Notes under the pieces: generated by a model
Database searches by the model: none
What the model was told of the DNA's origin: nothing
The model's input: the letters and a program-made list of their open reading frames with translations, nothing else
Shown here: piece after piece, positions 1-9,728 of the stretch
Position numbering within the stretch: the stretch's first letter is position 1
Layout: each line of letters begins with the position of its first letter
Position numbers and translations under genes: made by a program
From: an uncultured Chloroflexota bacterium
GTDB lineage: Bacteria; Chloroflexota; UBA11872
Assembly: GCA_964522375.1 (NCBI GenBank)
Contig: CAZFVB010000003.1
Coordinates: 14,608-78,607 of the forward strand
Length of the DNA stretch: 64,000 nucleotides
Direction of reading: 5' to 3'

Positions 1-558
1 GCGCCATACCAGCACTCTTCATGTGCGGTTCCAGGTCGAGGTTGTAGAGATCAGCATTCCACCACAACTCGGACATCACCTCAGGACCAGATCCAGCGAC
101 CATCATGTTGGTCAGGACCCCGGCGTATCCCACCGACGTACTTCCACCGGACCCTGAAATAATCAGGATGTCTACGGTGACATGGGGATTAGCCTTGTTG
201 TATTCCTTGGCCATGAACTTGTGCGTTTCCGCACGAACACCCTTGCTCCAGTCCGTTGAGAATTCCAGACGCACGGCCTGTTTCTGCGGCACCATTTCCT
301 TCACGATCCTGGTGACGACCTTCTCAACGACCTGCTTTTCTACCTTCGTCTTTTCAACGATCTTCTCGACCGGTACTTCTTTAATCTGTGTCTTCTGGAC
401 AATCTTCTCGACCGGTACTTCCTTGATGACGATCTTCTCAACCGGTACTTCCTGAGTCACCGTCCTGACGGTTTCCCCACACGCAGCTAGCGCAACCGCA
501 CCAGCCGCACCGAGCGCACCCGCACTCGAAGCCCGCAAGAGATTTCGCCGAGTCATTC
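1..558 (-). CDS. Sugar-type ABC transporter substrate-binding lipoprotein (family 1 SBP), 3' part outside window
   Basis: Reverse-complement translation from the ATG at 556-554 reads MTRRNLLRASSAGALGAAGAVALAACGETV.., a twin-arginine-like signal plus lipobox Cys. It continues with repeated EVPVEKIV linker units and a family-1 SBP-like body (..MAKEYNKANPHVTVDILIISGSGG..). It is absent from the ORF track because it runs off the window edge. A GGGGGAG RBS lies upstream on the minus strand. Confidence 0.6.
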
Positions 559-601
559 GAGACATCAACTCCCCCTCGTTTTTTTTTAGAATTGATGCAG
601 G

Positions 602-619
602 TGTTTTCACAGGAAAACA
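602..619. promoter_or_regulatory. Perfect 18-bp palindrome TGTTTTC-acag-GAAAACA about 40 nt upstream of the SBP start; candidate repressor operator
   Basis: Read directly: 7-bp perfect inverted arms with a 4-nt spacer. It sits between the upstream gene stop (732) and the SBP start (556), next to an A9/T9 tract at 573-592. Confidence 0.35.
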
Positions 620-731
620 TCGGCCGCACCACCCTATCGGGGGTGTTGTACTTCAACCGGAATAGGCCGTCAAGTTTCAGGGGGGAATTATCATGGACGG
701 AACCACTCCGTCCACCACGAACCAGGCAGGC

Positions 732-1862
732 CTAGACCCTTCCATTCAACACATGGCCCAGATCATCACGAGCCTCAGGATCCATTGCCTGTAAATACCG
801 CAGCGTAAACAGCACGAACGCCAGCCCATTGGTCGTACGACTGCTCGATGACTCGGACTCAGCGACATCGCTAAGCTCAAAATGATAGCCCCCACCCGTG
901 GCGGCCAGACGGTCAACCATCGCTCGCACACATCGCCGGACTGCGTCACGAACACCGCGCTGCCGATATGCCGTCCTATGGCCATATTCGGCCAAAAGAT
1001 GGACCGCATCCATGTTGGCGCACATCCCACCGTCATGAAACAGATCGTCCGACCGCTGACATGCCAGGGTCGCGTCAATCATTCGGGTAAGCCAAGGTTC
1101 CCCGATGCCCAGCGGCCACAGGAGATTTAACGCAAGGTTTCGATGCCCGCGCATCGCCCAACCCAACTCCATCCCGTAGTCCATTCCAATGAACCCTGAA
1201 CCAGCATCTCTGCGAGACTCCAAAAACGCCAGAACCCGACGACTCGTGCTGTCGAGTTGCCGGAAAGTCTGGATGCCCGCCAGACCGGTATACAACCACA
1301 GGTATTGAAAGGTTTCCTTGGCCGCCGCCCGGGTGTCGCCCGACCACACCTGTTCGAGCCATCCGTCGACTGACCGCTCCCCCTGCGGCACCCAGGGAAA
1401 AAGCTGCAATCGTTCAAGACCCTGGGGAAATCCGCGAGCCTGTTTGCCAAGAAACTCAAATCCCAAACGCACCACTACATCGTTATGCAAGCGCCAACGT
1501 CCCACACCCCCGGGCACCTGGTTTTTAGTGGGCTCGTACAACTCGAGTTCGGCGTTGAAGGCCAAGTTCAATGACGCCACGATTCGATCCCGCATCCTGG
1601 TGACAGCAGTATCGGCATGGACGTGGCGCAGCGAGGCCAGCGCCCAAACCGTCGTCTCCACGCCCGACATAGTTTCCTGATGCTGGCCTTCACGAAAAGG
1701 CTCACCGGACGCTGTCGAAGCAGTGACACTTTCGATGTAGGTGGTCACCCGATCACACAACCACCGTGGAGGATCATGGAGGCCATCTGCCATCGGCATC
1801 ACCCGCTCAACAAAACCTCCGGATGGAATAGTCCTCACGGAGTTCGACCCACGCTCGCTCAC
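732..1862 (-). CDS. Hypothetical protein, no confident family assignment; same strand and upstream of the SBP gene
   Basis: 376-aa ORF with protein-like composition; I do not recognise a family. The overlapping ORFs 746..1078, 1075..1362 and 1127..1459 are Arg/Gly/Pro-rich antisense artefacts. Confidence 0.4.
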   Translation of the reverse strand: MSERGSNSVRTIPSGGFVERVMPMADGLHDPPRWLCDRVTTYIESVTASTASGEPFREGQHQETMSGVETTVWALASLRHVHADTAVTRMRDRIVASLNLAFNAELELYEPTKNQVPGGVGRWRLHNDVVVRLGFEFLGKQARGFPQGLERLQLFPWVPQGERSVDGWLEQVWSGDTRAAAKETFQYLWLYTGLAGIQTFRQLDSTSRRVLAFLESRRDAGSGFIGMDYGMELGWAMRGHRNLALNLLWPLGIGEPWLTRMIDATLACQRSDDLFHDGGMCANMDAVHLLAEYGHRTAYRQRGVRDAVRRCVRAMVDRLAATGGGYHFELSDVAESESSSSRTTNGLAFVLFTLRYLQAMDPEARDDLGHVLNGRV

Positions 1863-2075
1863 AAGCCCTCAGCATCCATAAAGGACATCCGCCAGACACT
1901 TGTCAGGATCCCAGATCAGCGACCATCGCCACAACGCATGGAGCACCTCGCAGCTAAACCACGTCTCACCCGAAGCCACGCGTTCGACTTCGAACACCCA
2001 TAAACCTTGACGCGCTGACGTCATGCTCCGCAGACCGTAAGATCACCTCAGTGAACCGAGCACGGAGAAACACGC

Positions 2076-3287
2076 ATGAATATCGCCGTCCATTCCAGCC
2101 TCAAGGGTGGCCACGTGCCTCGCGAAACATTCCCCGGACTCTCGCCGGAACCAGCATTCCCCGAAGATGAGTTCCATCGCAGAATCAAGCAGATCCGATC
2201 TCGTATGCGAGACGCCAAGATCGACGTCATCGTGATCAAGCATCCAGCGCACCTTTTTTACGTAACTGGCTTCCAGAGCCTTGCAATGTATGAGGACGGC
2301 GCCGCCATCCTTCCGCTCGACGATGACCCCACGCTGATCCTTCACCCGCCAGAGCTTGGCACTGCGATGCTTCACTCCTGGGTCGGAACCCTGAAGGGCT
2401 TTCCGCCGGAACACAGCCATGCCCAATACCTCGCGCAAGAGCTCAGCATGACCGGTCATGCTCAAGCCCGTATTGGTCTCGAGATGCTAAGCCCGGGGGT
2501 TTCCGCCGGGTTCGTCCGAGACCTCCAGTCAGTGTTGCCGCAGGCAACATTCCATGACGCCTCGGGAGTCATCGAAGAGGTCAAACGAATAAAATCATCG
2601 GCGGAAATCGAACACTTACGTCAAGCCGCGCATTTCACCGACCAGGCCATGGCCGCCGCTATTAATGCGGCCGAGGTCGGATCAACCGACAATGATGTGG
2701 CGGCTGCCGCCGCTCAGGCCATGGTCACCGCGGGCAGTGAAGCTCCATGCATGTCCCCGATCGTCACCAGCGGACGACGCTCCGGAATTCTGCATTCCAC
2801 CCACAAACGCATTCCGCTGGGTGCCGGCGACCCGGTATTCATCGAACTCGGGGGATGCTACCAGCGGTACACCAGCCCCCTGATCCGGACCCTATCGTTA
2901 GGAGACCCGTCATCCGAATTCCGTGATGCCGCTGATGCGTGCCTCGCTGCACTAAACGCTGTCATCACAACAGTAAAACCGGGAATCTCAGCTGCTTCGG
3001 TTGCTGAACGCGGATGGGAGGAGATTTCACGCGCCGGGAGCGATTTCGTATTCCATGGCAACTTTGGGTACACCGTCGGTGCCGGATTCCCGCCCAGTTG
3101 GGCAGATGGAACCGGCCTTCTGGAACTCGAACAGGACATGATCCTTGAGTCTGGCATGGTGTTCCACCACCCCGTGGCTATTCGGCGGCTCGGACGATTT
3201 GCGGTCGGATTCAGTGAGACGACCGTCGTTACCCCTGACGGCTGCGAAGTGTTAACCACCACCCCTCGTGAATTAGCCCTCCGGTAA
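2076..3287 (+). CDS. M24-family metallopeptidase (creatinase / Xaa-Pro aminopeptidase / ectoine-hydrolase-like)
   Basis: 403 aa with the creatinase/prolidase N-domain architecture followed by a pita-bread domain (..HFTDQAMAAAINAAEVGSTDNDVAAA..SGILHSTHKRIPLGAGDPVFIELGGCYQRYTSPLIRT..). RBS GGAGAAA precedes the ATG. Confidence 0.7.
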   Translation: MNIAVHSSLKGGHVPRETFPGLSPEPAFPEDEFHRRIKQIRSRMRDAKIDVIVIKHPAHLFYVTGFQSLAMYEDGAAILPLDDDPTLILHPPELGTAMLHSWVGTLKGFPPEHSHAQYLAQELSMTGHAQARIGLEMLSPGVSAGFVRDLQSVLPQATFHDASGVIEEVKRIKSSAEIEHLRQAAHFTDQAMAAAINAAEVGSTDNDVAAAAAQAMVTAGSEAPCMSPIVTSGRRSGILHSTHKRIPLGAGDPVFIELGGCYQRYTSPLIRTLSLGDPSSEFRDAADACLAALNAVITTVKPGISAASVAERGWEEISRAGSDFVFHGNFGYTVGAGFPPSWADGTGLLELEQDMILESGMVFHHPVAIRRLGRFAVGFSETTVVTPDGCEVLTTTPRELALR

Positions 3288-3295
3288 ATATCAGT

Positions 3296-4048
3296 ATGCA
3301 GCCGACCGTTGGCATCGTTTGGCCAGAGCCCATTAGCACCGATGACCTTGGCGAGATCAACCAGTTCACACCTCCGAACATCAAGGTTGAAGCAGTAGCA
3401 GTTGAGCCAGCACCCGACCTCTCCGGGGGCATCACCCTGGACCACGTACTTTCGATCGCTGCTGACCCGAACATTGAAGCTGCCGGCCGAAAGCTCGTGG
3501 CCTCGGGAAGTCACGCCCTCGCGTACGCCTGCACGTCCGGGAGTTACGTCCGTGGCCTACACGGAGACACCGACATTGCACAGAGGATGCGTGACGCTAC
3601 CGACCGACCAAGCACAACTACCGCCACGGCAACCGTAAGAGCCCTAAAACACCTGCAGGCCAAGCGGGTTGCCGTCCTTTCACCACACATCGACAGCCTC
3701 AATGCCCGGTTACAACGCTTTCTTGAAGCCCACGGGGTCGAGGTGGTGCAGATGGTCGGCCTAAACCGGCTTAATGGGATCGAATCAATACCACCAGACG
3801 AGACCCTGGCCATCGTGCAGCAGCAAGTCGATCATCCGGACGCCGACACGATCTTTATTAGCTGCACGGGGTTACGCGTGGCACCGATCATTACAACGCT
3901 CGAACGCAAACTCGACAAACCCGTAACAACGGCCGTCCAAACGACGATGTGGGATGTCCTACGGTTAGCCCGCGCATTCTGCCCATTGCCCGACCGCGGG
4001 CATTTGTACACGCTCGATTCATCAATGATCGGCCGAGATTCCGACTAG
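3296..4048 (+). CDS. Asp/Glu/hydantoin racemase-family protein (maleate isomerase / arylmalonate decarboxylase / EutA-like)
   Basis: 250 aa starting 9 nt after the M24 gene. Two-lobed racemase-like pattern (..VASGSHALAYACTSGSY.. and ..TIFISCTGLRVAPII..). Confidence 0.55.
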   Translation: MQPTVGIVWPEPISTDDLGEINQFTPPNIKVEAVAVEPAPDLSGGITLDHVLSIAADPNIEAAGRKLVASGSHALAYACTSGSYVRGLHGDTDIAQRMRDATDRPSTTTATATVRALKHLQAKRVAVLSPHIDSLNARLQRFLEAHGVEVVQMVGLNRLNGIESIPPDETLAIVQQQVDHPDADTIFISCTGLRVAPIITTLERKLDKPVTTAVQTTMWDVLRLARAFCPLPDRGHLYTLDSSMIGRDSD

Positions 4049-4198
4049 AACTTCTCCGCAACCGTAGGTCGTAGAGGGTTTCTCTATTTCCAGCCATCGT
4101 GGTAATGTTTCCGCCACGAAATGTTCTGTGGGACATAGTTGCCGAAGCGCTTTGCGCAAAGCGCTGAACTACATCCCACGTACAGGGGAGGGGACATT

Positions 4199-6307
4199 TT
4201 GGCTAAGCACAATGTGATCACGCGACGGAAAGCACTCGTCGCAGGAGCCGGATCAGTATCAGCAGGCCTGTTACTCGCGTGTGGTGACCCTGAAGTTCAG
4301 GTCGTCACCAAGGAAGTCGCGGTCGAGAAGGTCGTTGTTAAGGAAGTACCGGTCGAGAAGATCGTCCAGAAGACACAGATCAAGGAAGTTCCGGTCGAGA
4401 AGATCGTGACACGGAACGTCGTCAAGACCGTTGAGAAGGTTGTCGACCGCATCGTAGTTAAGAAGGTCGAAGCCGAGATTCCATCCCGATTCAACGAAGC
4501 GCCCAGCCTCGCCAAGCTCGTCGCAAGTGGAGATCTTCCGAAAGTCGACGACCGACTACCGAAGGAACCACGCGTCATTGAACCCTTTGAGAAAGTCGGG
4601 AAGTACGGCGGTACGCTGCGCTACATCGACCTCGAAGGTGGTGGGCATCAGACGAGTTCCCTCCGCATTAACGGCCTCCTGACATTTAACCAGCAGGGCA
4701 CTGAGATTCGTCCCGACGTCGCCAAGAGTGCGACCTTGTCCGAGGACGGAAAAACCTTCACCTACGAGCTTCGTGAAGGCCACAAGTGGTCTGACGGCGA
4801 ACCGTTCACCACCGAGGACATCATGTTCTGGTGGGAAGACTTTATGAATGACACAGACCTGAACAAGCGTCTGTCCAGCACGTGGCGACCCGGCGGGGAA
4901 CCGGCCAAATTCACCGCGCTCAGTCCGACAAAGCTTGTGATTGAATTTGCAGTACCGCATCCGGGCATCATGGACCTCCATGGTCGCGCCGTGATGTCTG
5001 GTGATGGCAACTTCTACCTCCCCAAGCACTGGATCAAGCAGTTTCACAAGAAGTACAACCCGAAAGCGGATGAGTTGGCCAAGAAGGAAGGTCACGACGA
5101 CTGGACCCAGTTGTTCAAGACCAAGCGTAATCCGCCCGGAGGATTCCTGGTGGGCCGGCCACGACTCTTTGCCTGGGTGACTACCAAGAAGACGCTGAAT
5201 CAAATCCAGCTCGAACGAAACCCCTATTTCCACTGGGTCGACACGGACGGCAATCAGCTGCCGTATGTCGATGTGGTGGACTCAGTGCTGGTCCAAGACC
5301 AGGAGGTGTACAACCTCCGTCTCATTTCCGGTGACGTGGACTTCGCCATGGGGTACGCAAGCCTCAAGGACATGCCGGCCCTGAAGGCCGGCGAAGACGC
5401 GGGCGGATACAAGATTCGGCTGCCGAAGAGTAATCGGCCAGCGCTCCTTGCGCTGTTCCCGAACCAGACGCACGCTGACCCGGTGGTCCGGAAACTCATG
5501 GCCAATCTCGACGTCCGAATCGCGCTATCCATTGCCATCGATCGAAAGGCCATGAACGAAGCGATCTTCTTCGGGCTCGGCGAACCCTTCGCGTTCACCG
5601 TGCTTCCGAGCATGCCCTACTACAAGGAAGAGTGGGGCAAGGCGCACACCGAGTTCGACCCCGTACGGGCCAACAAGCTGTTAGACGATGCAGGCCTCAC
5701 CGAGCGTGACTCGGAGGGGTATCGCCTCCAGCCAGACGGGAATCGATTCACACTCGTCATGGAAATCGCCAACCTGGAAACCCCCAAGGAAGCGATGTGC
5801 GAGATGGTGGCCGAGAACTGGAAAGACATCGGTGTTGAAGGCATCGTCAAAGTCGAAGCCTTTGGACCCTTCCAGGAACATAAGGCCGATGGAACCATGG
5901 ATATTGGCACCTGGCATGCGGATCGAGGCGGACTGTTTGGCCGCCTAAGCCCACTCTGGTTTGCCTATAACAGCACATGGAACATGTGGGGACGCCGCTG
6001 GGTGGAATGGTTCACCTCTGATGGCGAGAACGGTGAAGAACCACCCCAGTACATCAAGGATCACAAGGCGCTCTTTGACGAGTTCCTGAAGACCCAGACC
6101 GGAACGCCTGAAAACATCAAGCTCGGGCGTGAGTACTACCAATTCTTCACCGACCAACTGCCGGTTATCGGCACGATCGGGTGGGCACCACGACCAATGC
6201 TCGTGCATAACCAGCTGATCAATGTGCCAAAGACCAACATCTGGTGGAGTTCTGACACCAGCTTCTATCCGCCCTACCGGGCCGGACAGTGGTCGTTGGA
6301 CAGGTAA
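4199..6307 (+). CDS. ABC transporter substrate-binding lipoprotein, family 5 (peptide/nickel/opine, DppA/OppA-like)
   Basis: The ORF is open from 4139, but TTG 4199 lies 7 nt after GGGGAGGGG. From there the protein reads (M)AKHNVITRRKALVAGAGSVSAGLLLACGD, a Tat-like signal plus lipobox. A repeated KEVPVEKIV linker follows, then a family-5 SBP body to 722 aa. Confidence 0.8.
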   Translation: MAKHNVITRRKALVAGAGSVSAGLLLACGDPEVQVVTKEVAVEKVVVKEVPVEKIVQKTQIKEVPVEKIVTRNVVKTVEKVVDRIVVKKVEAEIPSRFNEAPSLAKLVASGDLPKVDDRLPKEPRVIEPFEKVGKYGGTLRYIDLEGGGHQTSSLRINGLLTFNQQGTEIRPDVAKSATLSEDGKTFTYELREGHKWSDGEPFTTEDIMFWWEDFMNDTDLNKRLSSTWRPGGEPAKFTALSPTKLVIEFAVPHPGIMDLHGRAVMSGDGNFYLPKHWIKQFHKKYNPKADELAKKEGHDDWTQLFKTKRNPPGGFLVGRPRLFAWVTTKKTLNQIQLERNPYFHWVDTDGNQLPYVDVVDSVLVQDQEVYNLRLISGDVDFAMGYASLKDMPALKAGEDAGGYKIRLPKSNRPALLALFPNQTHADPVVRKLMANLDVRIALSIAIDRKAMNEAIFFGLGEPFAFTVLPSMPYYKEEWGKAHTEFDPVRANKLLDDAGLTERDSEGYRLQPDGNRFTLVMEIANLETPKEAMCEMVAENWKDIGVEGIVKVEAFGPFQEHKADGTMDIGTWHADRGGLFGRLSPLWFAYNSTWNMWGRRWVEWFTSDGENGEEPPQYIKDHKALFDEFLKTQTGTPENIKLGREYYQFFTDQLPVIGTIGWAPRPMLVHNQLINVPKTNIWWSSDTSFYPPYRAGQWSLDR

Positions 6308-6350
6308 AGCAGTCCAATACTTCTGCATACCTAGCCGCAAGCGTTGGCAA

Positions 6351-6388
6351 CCGCTCCCCGATCTTATGAATGATCGGGGGGCGGTTTG
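6351..6388 (+). terminator. Intrinsic terminator / intra-operon attenuator between the SBP gene and the permease genes
   Basis: CCGCTCCCCGATC-ttatgaat-GATCGGGGGGCGG hairpin (13-bp stem, 1 mismatch) followed by TTTGT. This is typical of differential expression of the SBP relative to the permease/ATPase genes. Confidence 0.45.
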
Positions 6389-6514
6389 TCAGCGATGCTT
6401 GGTTCCTCCAGGCCCACGACATGCGTCGTTGGCACAGAAGCCGAACCTTGGCATCATTCCCCCTAACATCGATCGCGCTGCGATGACGTCATCGCATGGG
6501 ATTCGGACACGCTC

Positions 6515-7507
6515 ATGATCGAGTACATCGGCCGGCGTCTCGTCTACATGGCCATCTCGTTTGTGCTGCTAAGCATCGCTGTCTTCGTCATCATCCGACT
6601 CCCGCCAGGCGATTACATGCAGACCTATATTCAGCAGTTGGAAGACCAGGGCGAAAAGATTGGCGCCGCCGAAATCGCGGACCTGAAGCGGTACTACGGC
6701 ATTGATGTGTCCGCGCCTGAACAATATTTCCGATGGATCACCAAGTTTGTCACCGGGGATTTTGGTCGGTCATTTGAATTTCGAGAGCCCGTACGAGACC
6801 TCCTCGACCAAATGCTTCCCTTCACGATACTCATCTCCACGCTCACGCTCATCATCACGTATGGAGTCGCGATCCCGGTTGGGATCTATGCCGCGACCCA
6901 TCAGTACAAGCTCAGTGACTACGTCACGGCGTTTATCGGATTCCTCGGCCTTGCCATTCCAAATTTCATGCTTGGCCTCATCTTGATGTACGTCTTTCTT
7001 CAATTGTTCGGCATCAGTGTGGGCGGCCTGTTTTCACGAGAAATGTCCGGGGCGCCGTGGAGCCTGGCCAAGGTCTGGGACCTCATCCAGCACCTCTGGG
7101 CCCCAATCATCATTATTGGTACGGCCGGAACCGCGGGCCTTATTCGGGTGATGCGAGGCACACTCCTAGATGAACTCGGACGCCAGTACGTGATCACCGC
7201 CCGGGCCAAAGGTGTGGCTGAACCACGCCTCTTATTTAAATACCCCGTGCGCCTGGCTATCACCCCAGTCGTCAGCACCATTGGCTGGCAACTGCCATTT
7301 ATCCTGTCCGGCGAAACGATTGTCGGCATTGTCCTTAGCCTGCCAACCGTTGGGCCATACCTCTTCCGCGCACTGATGGGACAGGACATGTTCATGGCCG
7401 GCAGCCTCGTCATGATGCTCGGAATCTTCACCCTGATCGGCACGCTGATCTCAGACCTCCTGCTCGTCATCGTCGACCCTCGTATCCGATTCGACAGGAA
7501 ATCCTGA
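6515..7507 (+). CDS. ABC transporter permease (DppB/OppB family)
   Basis: 330 aa polytopic protein with the ABC TM permease signature region (..ITARAKGVAEPRLLFKYPVRLAITPV..). Confidence 0.85.
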   Translation: MIEYIGRRLVYMAISFVLLSIAVFVIIRLPPGDYMQTYIQQLEDQGEKIGAAEIADLKRYYGIDVSAPEQYFRWITKFVTGDFGRSFEFREPVRDLLDQMLPFTILISTLTLIITYGVAIPVGIYAATHQYKLSDYVTAFIGFLGLAIPNFMLGLILMYVFLQLFGISVGGLFSREMSGAPWSLAKVWDLIQHLWAPIIIIGTAGTAGLIRVMRGTLLDELGRQYVITARAKGVAEPRLLFKYPVRLAITPVVSTIGWQLPFILSGETIVGIVLSLPTVGPYLFRALMGQDMFMAGSLVMMLGIFTLIGTLISDLLLVIVDPRIRFDRKS

Positions 7508-7508
7508 G

Positions 7509-8648
7509 ATGAGCGCTACCCCCGACACCCTGTCCAGCGAATCACCAGCCCCGGGCGGCCTTGACCCCAACGACCGATATTTCATTGCCTCGCAATGGAC
7601 GCTTATGCGGCGAAAGTTCCGGCGTCATAAGTTGGGCGTCATGAGCGTGTGGATCTTGCTGTTTCTGTACTTTATTGCGGCAACCTACGATTTCTGGGTC
7701 CCGTATCTCTCAGTCACGCGTTTCGAAAATGCGTTGGCCGGTCCACCAAGCGCGGTGCACATCGTCGACGATGACGGCCAGCTACGGCGGCCTTTCGTAT
7801 ACGGCCGTTCTGCGGTCCTCAACACCAAGACGTTCACCCGTGACTACACGGAAGACACATCCATGATCTGTGACATCGAGTTCTTCACCCAGGGCCAGGC
7901 CTACAAGATGTGGGGCCTGATCGAGACTGATCGCCATTTCTTCGGGGCCGGCGACTGCAACATCCACCTGTTTGGGACCGACGAATTTGGCCGTGATGTC
8001 TTCACCCGTACATTGGTCGGAGCCAGGATCAGTCTGTCCGTTGGTCTTGTGGGCGTGTTATTTAGCTTCATCCTCGGAACCCTGCTCGGAGGCATCTCAG
8101 GCTTCTTCGGTGGATGGATCGACATGGCGATCCAACGGGTTGTTGAGTTCTTGGTCGCAATTCCGACCACACCATTCTGGCTGGCCCTCAGCGCAACCAT
8201 CCCGGTCACCTGGTCACCCATCCAAACCTATTTTGCAATCACCGTCATTCTGTCCATCGTGGGATGGGCTCCGCTAGCCCGGACGGTTCGCGGCAACGTG
8301 CTCCAGCTACGTGAGCAGGACTATGTCATGGCCGCCAAAACAGCCGGGGCCCGGGACCGTCGGATACTGCTGGACCACCTGCTTCCCGGCTGCATGAGCT
8401 ACCTCATCGTGCACATCACCCTCTCCATCCCCGGCATGATTCTTGCCGAGACCTCGCTGAGCTTCCTCGGCCTCGGAATTCGAGCACCCGCGGTGAGCTG
8501 GGGCAGCCTGCTCCAGAGCGCCCAGAACGTCACAACGATCACCGTCCAACCCTGGCTGATGATTCCAGGCCTCTTTGTCATCGCGACCGTGCTGCTCTTT
8601 AACTTTGCCGGCGATGGGTTGCGTGACGCAGCCGATCCCTACAAGTAG
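7509..8648 (+). CDS. ABC transporter permease (DppC/OppC family)
   Basis: 379 aa starting 2 nt after the previous gene, with the N-terminal extension typical of DppC/OppC and an EAA-like motif (..VMAAKTAGARDRRILLDHLLPG..). Confidence 0.85.
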   Translation: MSATPDTLSSESPAPGGLDPNDRYFIASQWTLMRRKFRRHKLGVMSVWILLFLYFIAATYDFWVPYLSVTRFENALAGPPSAVHIVDDDGQLRRPFVYGRSAVLNTKTFTRDYTEDTSMICDIEFFTQGQAYKMWGLIETDRHFFGAGDCNIHLFGTDEFGRDVFTRTLVGARISLSVGLVGVLFSFILGTLLGGISGFFGGWIDMAIQRVVEFLVAIPTTPFWLALSATIPVTWSPIQTYFAITVILSIVGWAPLARTVRGNVLQLREQDYVMAAKTAGARDRRILLDHLLPGCMSYLIVHITLSIPGMILAETSLSFLGLGIRAPAVSWGSLLQSAQNVTTITVQPWLMIPGLFVIATVLLFNFAGDGLRDAADPYK

Positions 8649-8655
8649 GCCCCCA

Positions 8656-9651
8656 ATGCCAGACGCCGACATCCTCTTAGAAATCAAGAATCTCCGCACC
8701 CATTTCGCGCTCGAAGAAGGCACCCTAAAAGCCGTCGATGGCGTGTCACTTACGATCAGGAAGCACCGCACCCTTGGCATTGTGGGCGAGTCCGGTTGCG
8801 GCAAGAGCGTCACGGCCCAATCCATCCTTCGAATCGTTCCGAAACCAGGAACCGTGGAGGGGGAAATCCTGTTGCACACCAACGAGGACGTCGTTGACCT
8901 CGTGTCACTGAATCCATCAGGACGCTCAATTCGAAACATCAGGGGCCAGGACATCTCCATGATCTTCCAGGAACCAATGACCGCCTTTTCTCCAGTGCAC
9001 ACGATTGGGAACCAAATTATCGAAGCGATCCAGGTCCATGGGGAAGTCGCAGACGACGAGGCACGTCGCCGGGCCGTCTCCCTGCTTGAGCAAGTTGGAA
9101 TTCCAGAACCAGCCTCTCGTATCGACCAATATCCGTACGAGTTCTCCGGGGGCATGCGTCAGCGCGCGATGATCGCCATGGCCCTTGCCCTACAACCACA
9201 ATTGCTGATCGCTGATGAACCCACGACGGCGCTCGACGTCACGGTGCAGGCCCAGATTCTTCGACTCATGCAGCAGCTACAAAACGATCTGGGAATGGCA
9301 ATCATCTTCATCACGCACAATTTGGGCGTCATCGCCAACATGGCAGACGATGTCGCTGTGATGTATCTCGGGAAAGTCGTTGAACTCGGGACCGTCCAAC
9401 AGATTTTCCATGACCCCCAACATCCCTATACCCAGGCCCTACTACAATCGATCCCACAACTCGATCGGAAGCCCGGGGAACGATTGACGGCTATTGATGG
9501 CATCGTGCCAACACCGCTCGACCCGCCGGATGCCTGCGGCTTTGCCGACCGTTGCCCCAAGTTCATCCCGGGCCGCTGTGACACTGCGGTCCCGCCGTTA
9601 CTTACCCTCAGCAGCAACCAGCAGGTGCGCTGCGTGCTGTACGAACAGTAG
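8656..9651 (+). CDS. ABC transporter ATP-binding protein (DppD/OppD-like)
   Basis: Walker A GESGCGKS, signature FSGGMRQR, Walker [13 protein letters not shown], and a C-terminal oligopeptide-ABC Cys-rich tail. The ATG at 8656 follows the permease stop; the ORF-track start at 8575 overlaps the permease and is unlikely. Confidence 0.85.
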   Translation: MPDADILLEIKNLRTHFALEEGTLKAVDGVSLTIRKHRTLGIVGESGCGKSVTAQSILRIVPKPGTVEGEILLHTNEDVVDLVSLNPSGRSIRNIRGQDISMIFQEPMTAFSPVHTIGNQIIEAIQVHGEVADDEARRRAVSLLEQVGIPEPASRIDQYPYEFSGGMRQRAMIAMALALQPQLLIADEPTTALDVTVQAQILRLMQQLQNDLGMAIIFITHNLGVIANMADDVAVMYLGKVVELGTVQQIFHDPQHPYTQALLQSIPQLDRKPGERLTAIDGIVPTPLDPPDACGFADRCPKFIPGRCDTAVPPLLTLSSNQQVRCVLYEQ

Positions 9652-9728
9652 GCCCTAGATGTGGTTCCGACATCCCTCAGCGATTCGACACCTCGCATCG
9701 AGGCATCACCCCCAAGAGGGCGTCGTCT

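Noticed and set aside
1617-2003. 128-aa plus-strand ORF in the region between the hypothetical gene and the M24 operon
   Set aside because: It overlaps the 3' end of 732..1862 on the opposite strand and the promoter region of the M24 gene, and its composition is Arg/Pro/His-rich. It is most likely spurious. The region is better explained as regulatory DNA containing the GTTCGA-ct-TCGAAC palindrome.
4297-4440. Tandem 24-30-nt repeats (KEVPVEKIV units) that superficially resemble a repeat array
   Set aside because: They are in-frame coding repeats inside an SBP gene with no spacer-like unique segments and no cas genes. They are not a CRISPR array; they are reported instead as a shared linker repeat.
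4556-5233. 225-aa minus-strand ORF, and similar long antisense ORFs (8307..9155, 11648..12118, 20620..21360, 22130..22957, 26299..26982, 27550..28065, 45247..45531 and others)
   Set aside because: All lie antisense to well-supported genes and have the Arg/Gly/Pro/Ala-rich composition expected from out-of-frame high-GC DNA. They are treated as non-coding.
8575-8655. Upstream extension of the DppD-like ATPase ORF (ORF-track start 8575)
   Set aside because: It overlaps the permease gene by 74 nt. The ATG at 8656 sits right after the permease stop and gives a normal N-terminus ([13 protein letters not shown]..). Similar reasoning trimmed the starts of 11126 (to 11192), 44315 (to 44384), 27084 (to 27168) and 52043 (to 52079).
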